A DNA stretch of 49,595 bases, counting the filler, from Catajapyx aquilonaris (taxonomy: Eukaryota): NCBI GenBank assembly GCA_000934665.2. It is 2 parts of 2 records of this genome, joined end to end, with 100 filler letters (N's around TTAATTAATTAA, not from the genome) between each part and the next. Parts side by side here need not be neighbours in the genome. Positions count along the whole stretch, not along the records: positions 24,852 to 49,595 come from JYFJ02005467.1; 1 more part is not named here. One strand, given 5' to 3'. The translations under genes and the position numbers were made by a program. The notes under the pieces were generated by a model, which saw nothing but the letters and a program-made list of their open reading frames with translations, had not been told where the DNA came from and made no database searches. Of the stretch, positions 46,701 to 49,595 are shown piece after piece; position 1 is the first letter of the stretch; each line of letters opens with the position of its first letter.

Positions 46701-49007
46701 AGTTATTCGAGCTATCTAAATTTTTAAGATAAATTCAGATATGGATTGCTTGTTTCTTCCCCCTTGCCCTTATTTGCTTGCTTCCAGTCTTGTTCTAATT
46801 TTTCTCCCTGATTTATTATGAGTGTTGTCTGAACTGCAGTATTTTCTCCCTTTTTTTGTTCCTGGACCAATGCGTGGACAAACACATGACTTTTAAAAAA
46901 ACAATACAAAAAAACGGTGAATCTTGTGGAAAGTAGGTGTGCGAGCACCATCCTGGTTGTCTGTTCCAGGCCCCAGTTTCCCTCCCCATGGACAGCCCCC
47001 TCCAGGCCACCCCCCGGGCCCCCTTCAGGGCCCACCTCCCAGGGGACCCCCACCACCAGGTACCTATTCTTGTAAACCTACAGATACTTGACAATCACCT
47101 GTAATGTATAAGCTTCTGACTTTTTTAAAGGTCCAGGTGGTCCCCCTCCTCCAGTTCCAGGGCATGTAGGCCCACCTCCTCAGGGGCCGCCCGCACCACA
47201 CGTGAACCCAGCTTTCTTCAATCAACAGGGGGCCCCACACCAAGGACCTCCTCCACCTCACGGGCCCCCGCATAGCTACGGACCACCACCTAGCCAGGTG
47301 CCGTACCATTTCATTAGCTTTCTTTACACAGCACTAAGGAAACCAGACCTGGCCACATTTTTTGATTGATCAGCAAGTGTGAATTATGTTGGCTCTAAAC
47401 AGAAAACCAACAGAATTCATTATGACGTGGTATTGGATAATAAGCAATTTATCAGCCATATTCTTCCTAGAATCAAATGGTAGGATGGTTCTGGAATGGG
47501 TTCGGTTTTTGCAGTGCTGTGTAATTGTATCTGTGCTTGTGTCAGGTAGTTTGTGTAACATCTGATGGTTTTGTAGTATGGTGGCCCACCGCCTGACCAT
47601 CGCAATGATGGACCACCACCACTCACGGAGCCTGAATTTGAGGAGATCATGGGACGGAACAGGACTGTCTCCAGTTCTGCTATAGCAAGGGCTGTGTCTG
47701 ATGCAGCAGCAGGTTAGTGTTCTTTTGCTTCAGTAACTTTGTATATTCCGTAGCCAATATAATGTAATATTTATTCTTTATATGTCAGTGTTGCAATACA
47801 CTTTGTTGAAAGCAGTTGGTTCACAATATTTTCTATTGGGTCAAGATTTTTAAAATATACAGCTGTGGTCGAGGCTGTCATCCAAATGTGTGTGTGATTT
47901 GTTTATGTTATTTACAATGGATTGTGCTTGTTGCAGGTGAATATGCCAGTGCGATTGAGACTCTCGTGACTGCCATTTCATTGATAAAACAGTCAAAAGT
48001 GGCAAATGACGACAGGTGCAAGATCTTAATCAGTTCACTGCAAGATACTCTTCATGGAATTGAAAGCAAGAGCTATGGATCATCTAGAAGGGGTATGTGA
48101 TATTACATCTTGCACTTATTTAGGGTCAAATCATCATATTTTCTTGTGCCAGTAGCATTTCAAAGAGAATTGCGTTGAACTGTTGATGTGTAATAAAGTG
48201 TTGCTTGTTTATCGTTGCAGAACGCTCTCGTTCCCGAGATCGTGACAGATCCCATCGCAGGCGGCGGGAGAGGTCACGTAGCAGGGATAGGGAATATAGG
48301 GAGAGGAGTCGTGACCGTGAGCGTGAAAGGTATGTAATTGACTCTCATATGACTTCTTTAGGTGTATGAAAAGTACAAGTATTTATGCGAATTGTACACA
48401 TTGGTAATGTGGAAAAGTTGTTGCGTAGAGGATTTGCTTTGGGCTTTTGTCACTTTAGAGAGCAATGTTGGTAATGTGTATTTTGATGTAATGTTTCGTG
48501 TGATTTACTTTTTCTTTTACACATGAACTTGTCATGTGAATTTTGCAACTTTTTACCAAATGTTATTGGAAACAGTGATGCCCGTCAGTTATGTTCACAG
48601 CATCTTTGCTTTGGTTCTTATTGTAATGAATTGTTCAAACTACATTACCTGTAATTGCTATTTATTCCATGTATCGACATCAGCTCTTGAAAGGGTTAAT
48701 TGATACTTGCACAAATGTTTTACTTTTTTTGTGTGTGTGTGTTCTGGTATGTCTGAACACAATTACCTGTTTCCAGCACCCTCTGTAATGTTGCGATAAT
48801 TCTTGTAATTTTTCAATCTTGTGGAGATGTGAAGCAAGATTTAAGTTGATATCGTTGGAGTGGACAGGTTTGATGCAATATGTAATGGGGAAGAGCTGTG
48901 CTTTAGTTTCCTGCAAACGTTGAATATTACAGGTACTACCCTGAGTACCCTCGGGAGAGATCTAGGAGCCGGGAAAGAGAGTATCGGGAACGCAGCAAGG
49001 AAGACAG
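40737..49007 (+). CDS. CPSF6: Cleavage and polyadenylation specificity factor 6 (CFIm68); 3' end not in window
   Basis: [13 protein letters not shown] (40737-40796). DLYDDV and RRM motifs [26 protein letters not shown] and LHGQNPVV (44168-44814). Pro/Gly-rich exons. [24 protein letters not shown] and [32 protein letters not shown]-rich exons extend to 49007. Confidence 0.96.
41140..41383. mobile_element. hAT-Charlie-like MITE in CPSF6 intron 1
   Basis: TIRs CAGTGGTTCCC / GGGAACCACTG. 8-bp TSD ATCGAAAT / ATCCAAAT. Confidence 0.8.
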
Positions 49008-49275
49008 GTAAGTGTTGCCTGCTTGTACAATTTTGAGTGTGTTTGCATGTGATGTATGCCCAGGTCACACACCATCAGGGGAGTTATGTTGATGAGATGC
49101 CTGTTTTTGACCAAAACATTGTTGGTAAAGTGAAGTTTCGTGTAAAGTGTTTGGATAAATTCGCATATCACATGGTATTATTTGCATCAGAATTCCCTAG
49201 TTATTGCCGTGCACTGTGTGCTGCTGTTAACATCGTGAGAGATCACAGCAAGAATTATAAATGCTAAAAGTAGTA

Positions 49276-49595
49276 GGCTGGTTCCATTTCAATCCAGACA
49301 GAGGGTGCCCAGTCATGGTCTTCGATTTAAAAAAAAACATATATATGTGAAACCCACATCCAATTGAACCCTTATGGAGCAACCAGTTTTACGAGATTAA
49401 ATTTAGTTATCGAGATATAAATATTTCTTTCAAGGGGTACCAAAATAACCTTCACGGGAAGGTGCACTTTTTCCATTGCTTTCAATGAGTATATCTCTGG
49501 AACTGTTCTGAAAACCAACATGAAATTTTAAACACATGCTTTTGGAAGAACACGCTGTTATGTAATGCATAAATTTACCTTATTTAATGGTACAG
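49276..49595 (+). mobile_element. Left end of another copy of the family at 39-6505 (truncated by the window edge)
   Basis: Aligns collinearly with 39-331 (for example AAATTTAGTTATCGAGATAT, GGGGTACCAAA, TTCTGAAAACCAA and TAATGGTACAG). Confidence 0.8.

Overview
Eukaryotic, arthropod (probably insect) genomic DNA. A synthetic 100-bp spacer (44N-TTAATTAATTAA-44N at 24752-24851) splits the window into two segments that may not be adjacent in the genome. The left segment is mostly nested transposons. One nest is a 4-bp-TSD long-TIR element > pogo/Tc1-type MITE > palindromic foldback units > decayed R1-clade LINE with RNase H. A second nest is a probable Helitron > Mag-like Ty3/gypsy element > tRNA-SINE plus a MITE inserted in the RT YLDD codons. 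The left segment also has an inverted pair of AT-TSD MITEs, a 7-exon CLIP-domain serine protease gene with a single frameshift, and the 5' part of an Academ-like transposon with a 143-bp tandem array. The right segment is gene-dense. It holds an 8-exon THEG/SPMAP2-repeat gene that the ORF track shows only as fragments, a gamma-butyrobetaine dioxygenase-like gene, and a divergent, apparently SAP-less PIAS/Su(var)2-10 copy behind an 827-bp foldback. It also holds an arylsulfatase B-like gene and CPSF6 (3' end outside the window) with a candidate poison exon. All gene models were spliced by hand and family names come from motif recognition; no database searches were run.
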